DNA of 64,000 nucleotides from Thermoplasmatota archaeon (GCA_965234725.1 CBDDUX010000026.1:26371-90370), one strand, 5' to 3'; counted from the first letter of the stretch, positions 49,457 to 59,871 are shown. Notes: generated by a model not told the origin, from the sequence alone. A program made the numbers and translations.

Positions 49457-50473
49457 TCATACTAAGTAAAGTTCTCCTTCTATCAAAGCGCCTTTGATGG
49501 TCTCACCTTCGATGGTCCTGTTCTTTAGAAGGAGCTCAACGGTCCTCATGGTGCTTGGATGGAGCACCTGAACCTCATTTCCAATGTTGGAAACCACCAC
49601 GAGATCGCACTCTACCTCGTCCTTTTTCATCTTTCTCAGAGACATTGCTATTGTGGGGTCCATTGTCTCTTCCCTGTGTCCCTTCAGTGACCTTACAGTC
49701 ACCCTTCTGGACATCTTTACAACCTTCAATGGTTCTCCCTCCCTGATGAGGTAATCTCCTACAAGGAAACCCGGAAGCCTGACCAGGTAGGTATGTCTGT
49801 AGATATCCCGGCCTTCCCTTCTTCCGAACAGGGAGGCTGACCATTTGTAATCACCACCGTAGATCTCATATAGCTTCATTGACAGCTGTTTTGCGAAGGA
49901 GTTCTCACCCATGTAGAAATCATAACCCCCTCTTACCTTCTCTTCCTTGGTGATGAACACATTCGGGTCCATGAGGGACATCTGGTCCGTTGAATCCCTA
50001 ACCCTGTCCAGGAGGTCCTCGATCTCCTGGTCAGTGAGGCCTTCCAAGCCTCTCAACTGTATGATGGCTTCAAAGTAGTTACCGCTCTGTTTCGAGCAAA
50101 AAGGACATTGGGAAAGGGATATCCTCACCTCTGTGGCTATGTCTTTTTTGATCACAATTCCCCTGTATGTGGATTCGGTGTTACCCGATATCCGGAACAG
50201 TGTATTGTCGAAATGGTCAACGGAGAGTTCGGTCTTATGGTTCTTGATATCATCCAAGACATGGATGGAAGAAAATGCGACCTTGCAGGCTGCATTGGAG
50301 AGGTCACCCGGACATTCCTCCCAGGAATGACCCCTGAGTATACGGTTGCAGGTTGGACATACGGTCCCATGGATCACAGGGTCAAGGCTGATAGGGTTCA
50401 CAGTCTCCAGAATGCACTCTTCACATAGGTTGTCAGCAAACTGCTCCCTGATCCCACATCTTAGACAAAGCAT
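49457..50473 (-). CDS. NMD3-family (60S ribosomal subunit export adaptor-like) protein
   Basis: N-terminal paired CxxC zinc clusters (CLRCG...CEEC; CPTC...C) followed by NMD3-like OB/beta domains, 338 aa. Confidence 0.7.
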   Translation of the reverse strand: MLCLRCGIREQFADNLCEECILETVNPISLDPVIHGTVCPTCNRILRGHSWEECPGDLSNAACKVAFSSIHVLDDIKNHKTELSVDHFDNTLFRISGNTESTYRGIVIKKDIATEVRISLSQCPFCSKQSGNYFEAIIQLRGLEGLTDQEIEDLLDRVRDSTDQMSLMDPNVFITKEEKVRGGYDFYMGENSFAKQLSMKLYEIYGGDYKWSASLFGRREGRDIYRHTYLVRLPGFLVGDYLIREGEPLKVVKMSRRVTVRSLKGHREETMDPTIAMSLRKMKKDEVECDLVVVSNIGNEVQVLHPSTMRTVELLLKNRTIEGETIKGALIEGELYLV

Positions 50474-50508
50474 CTAGCCTGACTCTACGAAATGATACTA
50501 AAATGCTT

Positions 50509-50733
50509 TCATTCTTCCTTGTCCCTGATGAGCCCGATGGACCTGTGGTCGGTCAGGGAGGGTCTGGATAAAATGGAATCAGAGTTGAGGTCCCTCAATG
50601 GGAACATATGGCAGGCTGTGCAGGACGTCCCGTCGCATAGACCCTGGACCTTTCCGCACCAGAGGCTCTTGACCAGCCTGTCTCTTTGAAGGGGATCATC
50701 GAACTCTGGCCGGCGCTTCTTGATCTCATCCAT
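50509..50733 (-). CDS. Small Cys-rich hypothetical protein (possible zinc ribbon)
   Basis: C-x7-C-x5-C-x2-C-H cluster; same strand as flanking ahcY and NMD3 genes. Confidence 0.25.
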   Translation of the reverse strand: MDEIKKRRPEFDDPLQRDRLVKSLWCGKVQGLCDGTSCTACHMFPLRDLNSDSILSRPSLTDHRSIGLIRDKEE

Positions 50734-50821
50734 AGAAATAACACCCTGGAATATTTTAGTAAAGGACAGAACCGATATAAAATAATTAACCTGGGTAATC
50801 TGAATAATCCAAATGTGACCA

Positions 50822-52081
50822 TCAGGTCCCTTCTTCCCACGATGAGAGATATCTTCTCTGTTCTTCCGTCAGAACATCCAGTGTGGAACCCATTGTCTTT
50901 AGCTTTATCTGGGCTATCCGTTCATCAAGCTCTCTGGGAAAAGATATGACACCTGGTTGAAGACCACCCTTGGCGATGATCTCCGCTCCTGACATCTGGA
51001 TTGCGAATGACATGTCCATGATCTCCACCGGGTGACCCTGACCGGATGCGAGGTTCACAAGTCTTCCCTCGCTGAGCAGATGTATTTTTTTCCCCGAGAT
51101 AACAAAGGATTCCACATGTTCCCTAGTCCTGGTGTAGGGATAATTTCTAAGGTATTCTACATCGATCTCGTTGTCGAAATGTCCTGCGTTGGCCAGAGTA
51201 CAGCCATCCTTCAATTTGCCTATCACGTCCCTATCAATGACATCCTTGCAACCTGTCGCTGTCACTACCATGTCAGCATAGGGGGCAGCTTCCTTCATCG
51301 ACCGGACCTCGAATCCATCGTGGGCGGCCTCAACTGCCTTGACCGGATCTATCTCTGTAATCGTGACTATAGCTCCCATCCCTCTCATTCTCATGGCAAT
51401 ACCTCTCCCACACCACCCGTATCCTGCGACGATAACTCTCCTACCTGCAATCGTCAGGTTCGTGGCGTTCAGTATCCCATCCATTGTGGACTGTCCGGTT
51501 CCGTACCTGTTATCGAAGAAATGCTTCATCGCACAATCGTTGACATTCATTACCGGGATCTCCAGCTTCCCCTCCTTTTCCATGGCCTTCAACCTGATCA
51601 CACCGGTGGTGGTCTCCTCACAACCTCCGAGGACATCTCCGATCAATTCTCTCCTTTCCGTATGCAGGAGCTTAACGAGATCACCGCCATCGTCTATCAG
51701 GATTTCCGGCCTCATGTCAAAGGCCCAGTTCAAAGCGTGGTAGTAATCTTCTTTTGACTCTCCGTGTCTCGCTCTTACTTCGACCCCCCTCTCCATCAAG
51801 GCCAGGGAAACGCTGTCATCCGTTGAAAGAGGGTTGCAGGATGTCAACCTCACTATAGCACCCGCATCCATCAAGGAGAGGGCAAGCACACCTGTCTTCG
51901 CTTCTGTGTGGAGGGACATCGCTATTCTTTTTCCCTTAAGCGTGGCATTCTCTTTGATCTCTTTCTTTAAGGTCGAAAGGACAGGCATGAAGGACAAGGC
52001 CCAATCCAGTCTTCTGCTTCCTTTCTCGATCAGCGATCCCCTCTCTTCAGATGAGAGGTCCTCGAAAAGCAAAGGTTCCAT
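50822..52081 (-). CDS. ahcY: Adenosylhomocysteinase
   Basis: NAD-binding IAGRRVIVAGYGWCGRGIA and conserved AhcY catalytic blocks, 419 aa. Confidence 0.9.
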   Translation of the reverse strand: MEPLLFEDLSSEERGSLIEKGSRRLDWALSFMPVLSTLKKEIKENATLKGKRIAMSLHTEAKTGVLALSLMDAGAIVRLTSCNPLSTDDSVSLALMERGVEVRARHGESKEDYYHALNWAFDMRPEILIDDGGDLVKLLHTERRELIGDVLGGCEETTTGVIRLKAMEKEGKLEIPVMNVNDCAMKHFFDNRYGTGQSTMDGILNATNLTIAGRRVIVAGYGWCGRGIAMRMRGMGAIVTITEIDPVKAVEAAHDGFEVRSMKEAAPYADMVVTATGCKDVIDRDVIGKLKDGCTLANAGHFDNEIDVEYLRNYPYTRTREHVESFVISGKKIHLLSEGRLVNLASGQGHPVEIMDMSFAIQMSGAEIIAKGGLQPGVISFPRELDERIAQIKLKTMGSTLDVLTEEQRRYLSSWEEGT

Positions 52082-52085
52082 GATA

Positions 52086-53246
52086 TCACAGCCCTGCCAG
52101 GTCTCTCAGCTCCCCTGCCCTGTCTGTCCTTTCCCAGCTGAAACCATCCCTTCCGAAATGGCCGTAGGCTGCAGTTTCTCTATATATGGGTCTAAGGAGG
52201 TCAAGTTCCTTGATTATCGAGATCGGTCTGAGATCGAAGTTCTCCTGGATCAAGGTTTCAATGGTCTCTTCAGGTACCACAGATGTCCCGTAAGTATCCA
52301 CCATGAGTGATACAGGTTCGGCCACTCCAATGGCATAGGCTATCTGCACCTCGGCACTTTCCGAAAGACCCGCAGCAACTATGTTCTTTGCAATATATCT
52401 GGCCATATAGGACCCGGACCTGTCCACCTTGGATGGGTCCTTTCCAGAGAACGCTCCTCCTCCATGTGATCCTACTCCGCCGTATGTATCCACTATGATC
52501 TTCCTACCCGTAAGACCGGTATCCGCTTGAGGTCCGCCTATGATGAAGGAACCTGTTTCATTTACATGGAAATTAGTATCATCTCTCAACATCTCATCTG
52601 GTATCGAGGGACTGATGACCTTTTCAATGATATCATCTTTAATGGTCCTGTGGTCCACACCTTCCCTGTGTTGGGAGGCTACCACAACCGCTGTAACGGA
52701 GATGGGTTTCCTATTGAGATAGTCCACTGTCACCTGGGATTTACCGTCCGGCCCGATGTAATCTATAATTCCCTTCTTCCTTACCTCTGCAAGTCTTTTT
52801 GTGATCCTGTGTGCGAATAGAAGTGTGGATGGGATCATCTCCTTTGTTTCATTGGTTGCATATCCGAACATCAAACCCTGGTCGCCAGCTCCCTGTTCAT
52901 GATGGAGTCCCTCACCTGTTACACCCTGTCGAATATCATTTGATTGTTCATGGATGGATGTAAGGACCGCGCAGGATTTATAATCGAATCCCAGGGCGGG
53001 ATCATCGTATCCGATCTCCTTCACGGTATCTGTAACAACTTTACGTACATCCACATAGGCAGTTGTAGAGATCTCTCCTGCCACAAGTGCCAATGAGGAG
53101 GTGAGAAGTGTCTCGCATGCCACTTTTCCAAGAGGGTCCTGTTCCAGGACATCATCCAGTATGGCATCCGATATCTGGTCCGCCATTTTATCAGGATGGC
53201 CCTCAGTTACCGATTCCGAGGTGAACCTGTAGGGACGGCTTCTTAT
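52086..53246 (-). CDS. metK: S-adenosylmethionine synthetase, bacterial/eukaryotic type
   Basis: [25 protein letters not shown]-terminal signature, [16 protein letters not shown], full three-domain MetK. Start moved to internal Met (MIRSRP). Confidence 0.9.
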   Translation of the reverse strand: MRSRPYRFTSESVTEGHPDKMADQISDAILDDVLEQDPLGKVACETLLTSSLALVAGEISTTAYVDVRKVVTDTVKEIGYDDPALGFDYKSCAVLTSIHEQSNDIRQGVTGEGLHHEQGAGDQGLMFGYATNETKEMIPSTLLFAHRITKRLAEVRKKGIIDYIGPDGKSQVTVDYLNRKPISVTAVVVASQHREGVDHRTIKDDIIEKVISPSIPDEMLRDDTNFHVNETGSFIIGGPQADTGLTGRKIIVDTYGGVGSHGGGAFSGKDPSKVDRSGSYMARYIAKNIVAAGLSESAEVQIAYAIGVAEPVSLMVDTYGTSVVPEETIETLIQENFDLRPISIIKELDLLRPIYRETAAYGHFGRDGFSWERTDRAGELRDLAGL

Positions 53247-53271
53247 CATGATATCTATAATGGTGTCGAAA

Positions 53272-54336
53272 TCATTTATTTTTCGGTTGAACACGGACCA
53301 TTTTCATGGGGATCGGGAGGTTGACATACCATATCCTCTCATCATCGAAGGCTCCGACCTGTATTCTATCCATCCCAATGTTTGCCCTTTGTGATAAGGC
53401 CTGACCATATCCGATGAGGTCCCTGAGGGTCATAGGATCATCGATCCTTCCCTGAGCATATTTGAGGCAGATCACCTTCTCTCCGTCGAACTGGAGTAGG
53501 TCCAGGAAACCGAAGGTCTTAAGCTCCTTTCCAAAATTATAGTAAAGGGGAAGGTTCCTGCAAAGAGACCTATCATCGTTGATCAGGATAGATCTTAGTG
53601 GATCCGATTCGTTGTTCTCTTCAGCTATCCTGATCATCCTGGCTTCAGGAGGCCCTTCTTTGAACTCCCTTTTCTGAAACAGTTCCAAGGACCGGTCCAC
53701 TATGTTGGTTCCGATGGGTTCTCCGGTCAGGTTGGATTGCTCGATCCCCCTGTAAGCCCTGTAGATATAATCGGATAGGGATCCCAGATCCTCAGGAAGT
53801 GAGGATACTTTCGTACGATGTAAAGAGAAGATGTGTTTCAGGTATACCTTTGGCATCAACGGAAGCCTGGGTTCATTTCTCTTCCTTATCCTTAGGTATG
53901 TGAATATATCAGAATAATTGTTCTTCCAGTAGTGAATAGTGTTCCTTGGAACCCTTTCATTGAAGGTTCGCAGGAGCATCTGGGACACTTGACCGAGTGA
54001 GTAACCCTGATTATAGAGGGACAATCCGCGAAGTACAAGAACGGACCTTGCATTCATATGTGGAAGGGATGCCTTTGAAAAGACCCTTTGACAGTCTCTG
54101 CACAGATATATCTGGACAGGACCTTTCTTGGTCCTCCTATTGCCGTGCTTGATAACATTTGTTCCCGTGCAGTAATTGCAATTCAACGGTTCGAATCCTA
54201 TCTCCGATATGATAAAACCTTCTACCCTGTTATCCCAAATTGGACATTTGTTCCATTTACGATTGAAATTACTGAAATCTTTTTCTATAGGGTAAGCTTT
54301 GGATACCCATGGAAGACCCGACCGAGGTCCGGCCAT
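53272..54336 (-). CDS. Hypothetical zinc-ribbon + HTH protein, N-terminus resembles IS1595 / IS1-InsA transposase zinc-ribbon domain
   Basis: [35 protein letters not shown] zinc ribbon followed by helix-rich region; no clear DDE triad recognised. Confidence 0.45.
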   Translation of the reverse strand: MAGPRSGLPWVSKAYPIEKDFSNFNRKWNKCPIWDNRVEGFIISEIGFEPLNCNYCTGTNVIKHGNRRTKKGPVQIYLCRDCQRVFSKASLPHMNARSVLVLRGLSLYNQGYSLGQVSQMLLRTFNERVPRNTIHYWKNNYSDIFTYLRIRKRNEPRLPLMPKVYLKHIFSLHRTKVSSLPEDLGSLSDYIYRAYRGIEQSNLTGEPIGTNIVDRSLELFQKREFKEGPPEARMIRIAEENNESDPLRSILINDDRSLCRNLPLYYNFGKELKTFGFLDLLQFDGEKVICLKYAQGRIDDPMTLRDLIGYGQALSQRANIGMDRIQVGAFDDERIWYVNLPIPMKMVRVQPKNK

Positions 54337-54665
54337 GGGGTTCCTTCAAGGTGATCCACGATGGCAGTAAGTTCAAAGTGAAGATAATTGAGGTCCTTCC
54401 AGGTAAAAGACTGAGTTATCAGAGGCATAGTAGAAGGGCCGAGAGGTGGACGGTAGTGTCAGGAGAGGCCAACGTTATCATTGACGGTTCGGAATCGATC
54501 CACTCCCCTGGAGATGTTGTCATGATCGGTCTTGGTCAGAAGCACCGCCTCATCAACGACCGAACCGAAGTTCTCATACTTGTCGAGGTACAGATCGGTG
54601 ATTACTTCGGAGAAGATGACATAGAAAGGTTCGAGGACGATTTTGGAAGGGTAGAACTGGGTTAA
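54309..54665 (+). CDS. Cupin-domain protein (mannose-6-phosphate isomerase type II C-terminal cupin-like)
   Basis: RPWGSFKVI...KVKIIEVLPGKRLSYQRHSRRAERWTVVSGEA cupin motifs, 118 aa. 5' end overlaps divergent gene, so true start uncertain. Confidence 0.6.
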   Translation: MEDPTEVRPWGSFKVIHDGSKFKVKIIEVLPGKRLSYQRHSRRAERWTVVSGEANVIIDGSESIHSPGDVVMIGLGQKHRLINDRTEVLILVEVQIGDYFGEDDIERFEDDFGRVELG

Positions 54666-54789
54666 AAATATAAAAGGTTAGGATATTTTCAATCCTGATA
54701 AAAAACCTCAAACACTATTTATATTGCACCGGTCGATCGAACTTCGATATCTAATATGCCGTTTGGCTACCCAGACAGAGGAAGATGAA

Positions 54790-55641
54790 ATGTCCAGGGA
54801 GAAACCAAGGATCAAGGTCATCCTGATAGCACAGGATTACGAGATGAGGATAGCTTCAGATATCCTCCTCCTAACCTATTACATGGATAAGGAGCTTGGA
54901 ATTGAACCCTGGATAACGATCTTCGATAACGGTTCCAAGGATAGGACAAGTATAATTGCAAGGAAACTTGGAGCGACCCTTATCAGGTCCAATGAGAGAA
55001 GAATAAAGAAGGATATTGTCGAAGAGGTTATGGCCACTGGTATAAAGAACAATATCAACACACTGATAATCATTGACGTCCAGGGTGGGAACACAGCTGA
55101 TGATGCGATCAGTCTCATGGCAAGGTCCATCGCTGAGGGCGTTCGGTTCGCATCCGCATATATAAGACCCGAAAAAGGAATGAGCGGGATCGGATGCTGG
55201 GCAATAGACAAGGGAATACTTGTCAAGATCGGGAGGGGGGAGGAGCTGGACATTCAGAAAAGGATACTGGAACTCGCTTCCAAACAGGACCTTGAACTTT
55301 GGGCGATATCTGAAGAGATCTCTCTTCAGTCCAAGAAGAACAGACGTAAACTTTTCCAACTTTTCAAGAGGTCACCTGGTGAAGTGATGACCGGTCTTAT
55401 CAAGTATCATCCGCTTTCGGTCTATGGTCTGACAGGACTGATACTATTATGCCTGGCATTGTTCAGTGGGTTCTATACAGTGGATTATTTCTACAGCCAC
55501 AACGAGTTGAACTACTTCCCGGCTTTCATAACCATGGCCCTTGCAATGATTGGTGGATTTTTCATGGTGGCTGGTCTTTTCCTGAACACATTGAACATAC
55601 TTGCTGAGAGATTGGAGGCAATGGCCAAGTGGAACGAGTGA
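54790..55641 (+). CDS. GT2-like (DPM1/GtrB-like) paralog with degenerate DxD motif and C-terminal TM helices
   Basis: Collinear with next gene (IKVILIAQDYE...ITIFDNGSKDRT) but IIIDVQGGN replaces the DGDGQHD catalytic block. Confidence 0.5.
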   Translation: MSREKPRIKVILIAQDYEMRIASDILLLTYYMDKELGIEPWITIFDNGSKDRTSIIARKLGATLIRSNERRIKKDIVEEVMATGIKNNINTLIIIDVQGGNTADDAISLMARSIAEGVRFASAYIRPEKGMSGIGCWAIDKGILVKIGRGEELDIQKRILELASKQDLELWAISEEISLQSKKNRRKLFQLFKRSPGEVMTGLIKYHPLSVYGLTGLILLCLALFSGFYTVDYFYSHNELNYFPAFITMALAMIGGFFMVAGLFLNTLNILAERLEAMAKWNE

Positions 55642-55646
55642 GACTG

Positions 55647-56582
55647 ATGGGCATAAGGAGAAGGTTGAAGGTCGCGGTCGCGATTCCCGCAAAGAACGAG
55701 CAGAGGACAATAGGTACTATCGTTACCATCTCAAGGGAATATGCTGACAAGGTCGTTGTGATCAATGACGGATCCACGGATAAAACAGCTCTAGTCGCTC
55801 TATTGGCCGGTGCCGAAGTATTGTCTCATCGGATCAACAAAGGAAAGGGAGCTGCCATTGCCACAGCCCTTAAATGGGCCATGAAAGAAGAGATGGATAT
55901 ACTGGTATTCATAGATGGTGACGGTCAGCACGATCCAGGTGCTATCCCGGATCTGGTAGGACCTATTGTGAGAGGAGAGACGGACATCACCATCGGATCA
56001 AGATGGCATCATGATCAAGGCCTCAAGGAGATGCCAATTCACCGACTCCTCGGGAATTGGATCCTCAGCACAGCCACATCCCTGTCGCTTTCAAAGATGA
56101 TAAGAGATTCCCAATCCGGTTTCAGGGCCTTCCATAAAAGGACCTTCCCCGCTTTCATGCAGTCGATCGAGATGGGATTCGCAGTGGAATCCGAGATGAT
56201 AGCACTGGCTGACAAGGCAGGTTTCGGATGGAAGGAATTGGGAATAAAAGCTTCCTATAATGACCTTGATGCCAATACCGAGAGCTCTTGGTATCATGGT
56301 CTATCGGTACTTGGAAAGGCACTTAAGGTCATGAGGCTCCAGAAACCAGGGAGGTTCTTTGGAGCTTTCTCCTTATTATCCTTCCTGATCGTAGTGGCCC
56401 TTGCTTTCTATGGAAGGATTTCCCATCCTGATGAGAAGCTCCTTCCCCTTTACCTCCTTTACTTGATTTCTTTCTTTATTATTTGCGGTGGATTTTTTAT
56501 GTTCTCAGCTATAATTGTTTCAGGTATGGACAGGATATCCGAGAGGATATTCAAATTGATGATATCACTCCTTAAGAGATGA
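55647..56582 (+). CDS. Dolichyl-phosphate sugar synthase-like glycosyltransferase family 2 (DPM1/GtrB-like) with C-terminal TM anchor
   Basis: VAVAIPAKNEQ...VVVINDGSTDKT...VFIDGDGQHD...GFRAF motifs plus two C-terminal TM helices. Confidence 0.75.
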   Translation: MGIRRRLKVAVAIPAKNEQRTIGTIVTISREYADKVVVINDGSTDKTALVALLAGAEVLSHRINKGKGAAIATALKWAMKEEMDILVFIDGDGQHDPGAIPDLVGPIVRGETDITIGSRWHHDQGLKEMPIHRLLGNWILSTATSLSLSKMIRDSQSGFRAFHKRTFPAFMQSIEMGFAVESEMIALADKAGFGWKELGIKASYNDLDANTESSWYHGLSVLGKALKVMRLQKPGRFFGAFSLLSFLIVVALAFYGRISHPDEKLLPLYLLYLISFFIICGGFFMFSAIIVSGMDRISERIFKLMISLLKR

Positions 56583-56826
56583 TAGTTCAAATAATGATAA
56601 TGGGTCAATACGCTTTTAATATCGATGATCAGAGTCCCTTTCAATGGAAATGATGGTGGAGATCAAGGCATCCGTCCGGTCCTTGGGCTCATGTATTCTC
56701 GCTTCCTGTGACAGCTGCAGGTCCTATGGTTTCGGTGATAACGAGTATGAGGCGGTCCTCAGATTGAAATCAAATATCAATCAGATGTACGGATGTATAT
56801 TCCCCATGGATAATATCAATATTTAA

Positions 56827-57060
56827 TTTTATTATTTAGGGTATTAAGAGTATTAGTAAATAATTATAATGAAGCTTTTTATAAACATGTTTTATATTGG
56901 ATATATACATGTTGAACAATATTTGACCTACTAAAAAGTATATAATATAATAGTGCAAATATGTAATTTTATATGCATATTTAATCTATGAATCAGTCAT
57001 TATCACTTTTGATAACAAATGACTTTATATATGACATGTATGATATATTGAATACCCCAT
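56827..57060. promoter_or_regulatory. Strongly AT-rich (about 80% AT) intergenic island with three ACATGT-N(3-7)-ATATTG motif copies (56885, 56907, 57034) and terminal cccccggggg palindrome (57061-57070)
   Basis: Composition sharply different from flanking DNA; repeated palindromic ACATGT cores. Confidence 0.3.
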
Positions 57061-57077
57061 CCCCCGGGGGTTGAACT

Positions 57078-57248
57078 ATGACTACAAACAATGTGATATC
57101 CCTCAAAGAGGTAGAACTGGAGGTAGACAAGAAGAGCCTCCTAAGGAATTGGGACTCGATCTCATCGATCGGTAATCCCGCCTTCGAGACCAATTCGAGG
57201 GAGATCCTTCTTTTCAGGTATCCCGATAGAAAAATGGAAAGGGCCTGA
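57078..57248 (+). CDS. Small protein (56 aa), member of local micro-ORF family with C-terminal SREILLFRYP motif
   Basis: MTTNNVISLKEVELEVDKKSLLRNWDSISSIGNPAFETNSREILLFRYPDRKMERA; N- and C-terminal similarity to the 60084 and 63068 ORFs; preceded by cccccggggg palindrome. Confidence 0.4.
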   Translation: MTTNNVISLKEVELEVDKKSLLRNWDSISSIGNPAFETNSREILLFRYPDRKMERA

Positions 57249-57406
57249 TCACAAGAATGGATGAAATCCTCAAATTGGTCGTAGATAGAAAGGTTCAAGA
57301 GCAGTTCTATTTAGGATCATTTCAGGTTTAATACTATTAAATATTTAAATTTGGAAATGTCTTTCAATGTCAGGTTTAATATAACATGTTCAACATATTC
57401 TAATTT

Positions 57407-57715
57407 ATGGTGGGTGATAGCAAAGGCTGTAGAACCCCCGTTAAAAAGAAGGGTTCCAAGGATCCTGATTGTCTTGAGGAGGTCATCGATCGATTCAATA
57501 AAGGTATCGATGATGTCGATGAGGCTATAATGGACGAGGATAGTCTGACCAATGGTCACGATAAGGTCTCACTCAAGGATTCCATCATCGAGAACCACTT
57601 CACCAAACCATCAGATATCGAGAAGGATATCTCTTGGAAAGAAGAGGAGACAATACCTATTCACGAACTCGTCATCAGGAATCCGAAGGATCGGGGCCTG
57701 AAGAAGAGAAAGTGA
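57407..57715 (+). CDS. Hypothetical acidic small protein (102 aa)
   Basis: ORF immediately upstream of HicB-like gene; C-terminus ETIPIHELVIRNPKDRGLKK loosely echoes the family motif and HicA tvPvH block, but no GSH motif. Confidence 0.3.
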   Translation: MVGDSKGCRTPVKKKGSKDPDCLEEVIDRFNKGIDDVDEAIMDEDSLTNGHDKVSLKDSIIENHFTKPSDIEKDISWKEEETIPIHELVIRNPKDRGLKKRK

Positions 57716-57782
57716 TCCATATTCTTATCATTATCGATAATCTGATGAACGGTATTTTAAGCAAGGTAACCGATGATTACCT

Positions 57783-57965
57783 ATGAGGGCATCTTTGGAG
57801 CTTCCTACAAGGATAAGGAAGAAGGGTGATACCTTTATTGCCGAATGTGCTGAGATGGGTTTACATGAAATTGGAAATACCGAGGAAGAGGCCAGAGAGA
57901 GATTGATGATCAAAGCTAGGAAGTTTCTTTTATCATCTATGGTGGAAAATTCCATACTGACATGA
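57783..57965 (+). CDS. HicB-like (UPF0150) antitoxin-fold small protein
   Basis: RIRKKGDTFIAECAEMGLHEIGNTEEEARERL matches the canonical HicB N-terminal pattern (..eg.y.AecPel.g....G.T.eEAlenl). Confidence 0.5.
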   Translation: MRASLELPTRIRKKGDTFIAECAEMGLHEIGNTEEEARERLMIKARKFLLSSMVENSILT

Positions 57966-58015
57966 ACGTGAAAGAGATACCCTTAAATAAATCCGTTCGT
58001 TGCAACCGCCCGGAG

Positions 58016-58108
58016 ATGAATGTGGTGGAGACTTCTACTGACTTTGACCATGATGATGCCAACAGGAGGGAAAGGAGAATTGTCATCCTTTCCTATCCAA
58101 TTTCCTGA
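58016..58108 (+). CDS. Micro-ORF (30 aa) of the same family, ending RRIVILSYPIS
   Basis: MNVVETSTDFDHDDANRRERRIVILSYPIS; shares terminal motif at codon level with synonymous differences. Confidence 0.3.
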   Translation: MNVVETSTDFDHDDANRRERRIVILSYPIS

Positions 58109-58203
58109 AATGATCTAGACAATTGGCAATTGAACAGTACATTTGGTTTGATTTTCAATTGATGTAACTGAGATGGTCTTGTTTAAATAATTAATAGGAT
58201 TAG

Positions 58204-58302
58204 ATGTTCTTGATGGATCTATTATTGGAGAGGAGGAACGATGAGGTCGAAAGACCTCTGAAGAGAGAGATCGTGATCCTCACATATCCCCTAGGAAATT
58301 GA
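58204..58302 (+). CDS. Micro-ORF (32 aa) of the same family, ending REIVILTYPLGN
   Basis: MFLMDLLLERRNDEVERPLKREIVILTYPLGN; in-frame stop immediately upstream. Confidence 0.3.
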   Translation: MFLMDLLLERRNDEVERPLKREIVILTYPLGN

Positions 58303-58566
58303 ACCTGATATTCATTGAACACAGCCTAGGTTTTCCCATGTACAAATCGAACCAAGGCCCATGCTTTCCTACCTTCATACTGATAGAAATGTTACCTAAA
58401 TTGATACTGAACATAAAAGTTTTATATACCCAGAGCAACAATTATTTATTAGGTGATCAAATGGATGCTTCATACAGGCTTCGACAGTTCAAGGATCAAG
58501 CCTCAAGGCTCCATTCGATCTACCTGACAAATGTCCCTTTCTCCAAGGACAAGAAAAGGACATAGA

Positions 58567-58575
58567 TTTTTTTTT
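58567..58575 (+). terminator. T9 run, candidate archaeal intrinsic terminator
   Basis: ttttttttt directly after stop of the 58299-58565 ORF. Confidence 0.3.
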
Positions 58576-58704
58576 CTGGAAAAAACCTCTATTAGGAACG
58601 AAAAGACACCCCGGAGGGGCCCTCTGAAACCCACTATGGGCTCCTTCAATTCGACCTGATCAATGTGTAACAGGTTTTAAAGATAATATTACCATTCGGA
58701 TATT

Positions 58705-58926
58705 ATGAACGATAAGGAGATGTTCCTCAAGAAGATGAGGGCGATGTCCTTGATAAAAGCCGAGCTGATGAGTTCCGGAAAGGATCCCGAGATAATACAA
58801 CGGTTACTGATGGATGAATATGACCGGAAGGAGGAAAACGGGATCTCGAAGATGATAGAGAGGATCGACCTCGACAATGGAGAGGACTTTAAAGGATTGA
58901 TGAAAATGGTATTTAAAAGGATCTGA
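58705..58926 (+). CDS. Hypothetical small helical protein (73 aa)
   Basis: K/E/M-rich ORF in the same island; no recognisable domain. Confidence 0.3.
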   Translation: MNDKEMFLKKMRAMSLIKAELMSSGKDPEIIQRLLMDEYDRKEENGISKMIERIDLDNGEDFKGLMKMVFKRI

Positions 58927-59871
58927 TCCTCTTTGGAAATCTGAACATCTATCGAGACCTTTCGCAAATTAGTAATCTTACTATCTATCCGGAATGATCT
59001 GATTTTTGGTATGAAAATTGGGCATCATAGTATCGCCCTTTTTTCATACCCACGCAAAGCAGTGTCTGTAATTGACGCTCTGTTTTGCTGTGTTTCGAAC
59101 TTTCGATGTGATGTAGTTATGACGGGAGAAAGTTACGAAAAAACTCGCTCCACATTTTCATAATCTTTTTTGAACAACAGTTCATGAGAGTTTTGTGATA
59201 CTTTGTTCAATATTCTGATAATTGAAGACCAAAATTAAAATACCCACTTGATCAATGGATAATGTGGTAACACTGTGGGACCCTGCTCAGGACTACCACC
59301 CGGAAATCCATTTTTTTCAAGGTCCCAAAGATACCTCTATTGAAACCACGAGGGAAATAGCAAAATATGTCGCACCGGGGCCCGGATCTATGGCGGGAAA
59401 CGGGCCCACTTCTTCTTCTGAGTATTCATCCTTCAGAGTTGCATCCTGAAAGTAGAACGATATGTGCATCCGTTATTCAGTGTTCAACCGGGTTCTTGTT
59501 GAGAGAACAATAGGTATTTGAACTGTTCAATATACGATTGTTCACATCCGTTTTTTACTTTTGATAATCCAATAAACTGGTTTATATATGTTTAGACATT
59601 TATTCCATCTGGTGTGGCCTATTTATATCGTTAGGGGGAAAATGGCAAAGCTTCCATTGAACCTCTCTTTCATTATTGACCAGTGCCGATGATAAACAGA
59701 GAGTGTGAGCTCCGTGATGGAAGTTGCGGTACTATCAGCGAAAGCCTTCAGGGAAGATCCTTTCTTTAGATAAATATTGGAACAACCGTTATTTGAACAC
59801 TTTTTTTGAAATTTCGTATTATTATCATTCGATGTAATCCATCGGGTTCCCTTTATATAGTTCAGCAATAG

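Noticed and set aside
57407-57715. Considered as the HicA toxin partner of the HicB-like ORF
   Set aside because: It has no GSH/His catalytic motif and is too long. It is kept only as a hypothetical protein.
58310-58390. tRNA-like T-loop (ggttcgatttg on minus strand)
   Set aside because: It lacks the conserved TPsiC loop terminal C and has no matching acceptor or D-arm complementarity.
58299-58565. ORF ending ...ASRLHSIYLTNVPF, as an additional micro-ORF family member
   Set aside because: The similarity to the R-E-I-V-I-L-T-Y-P motif is too loose (it requires indels) to count as a family member.
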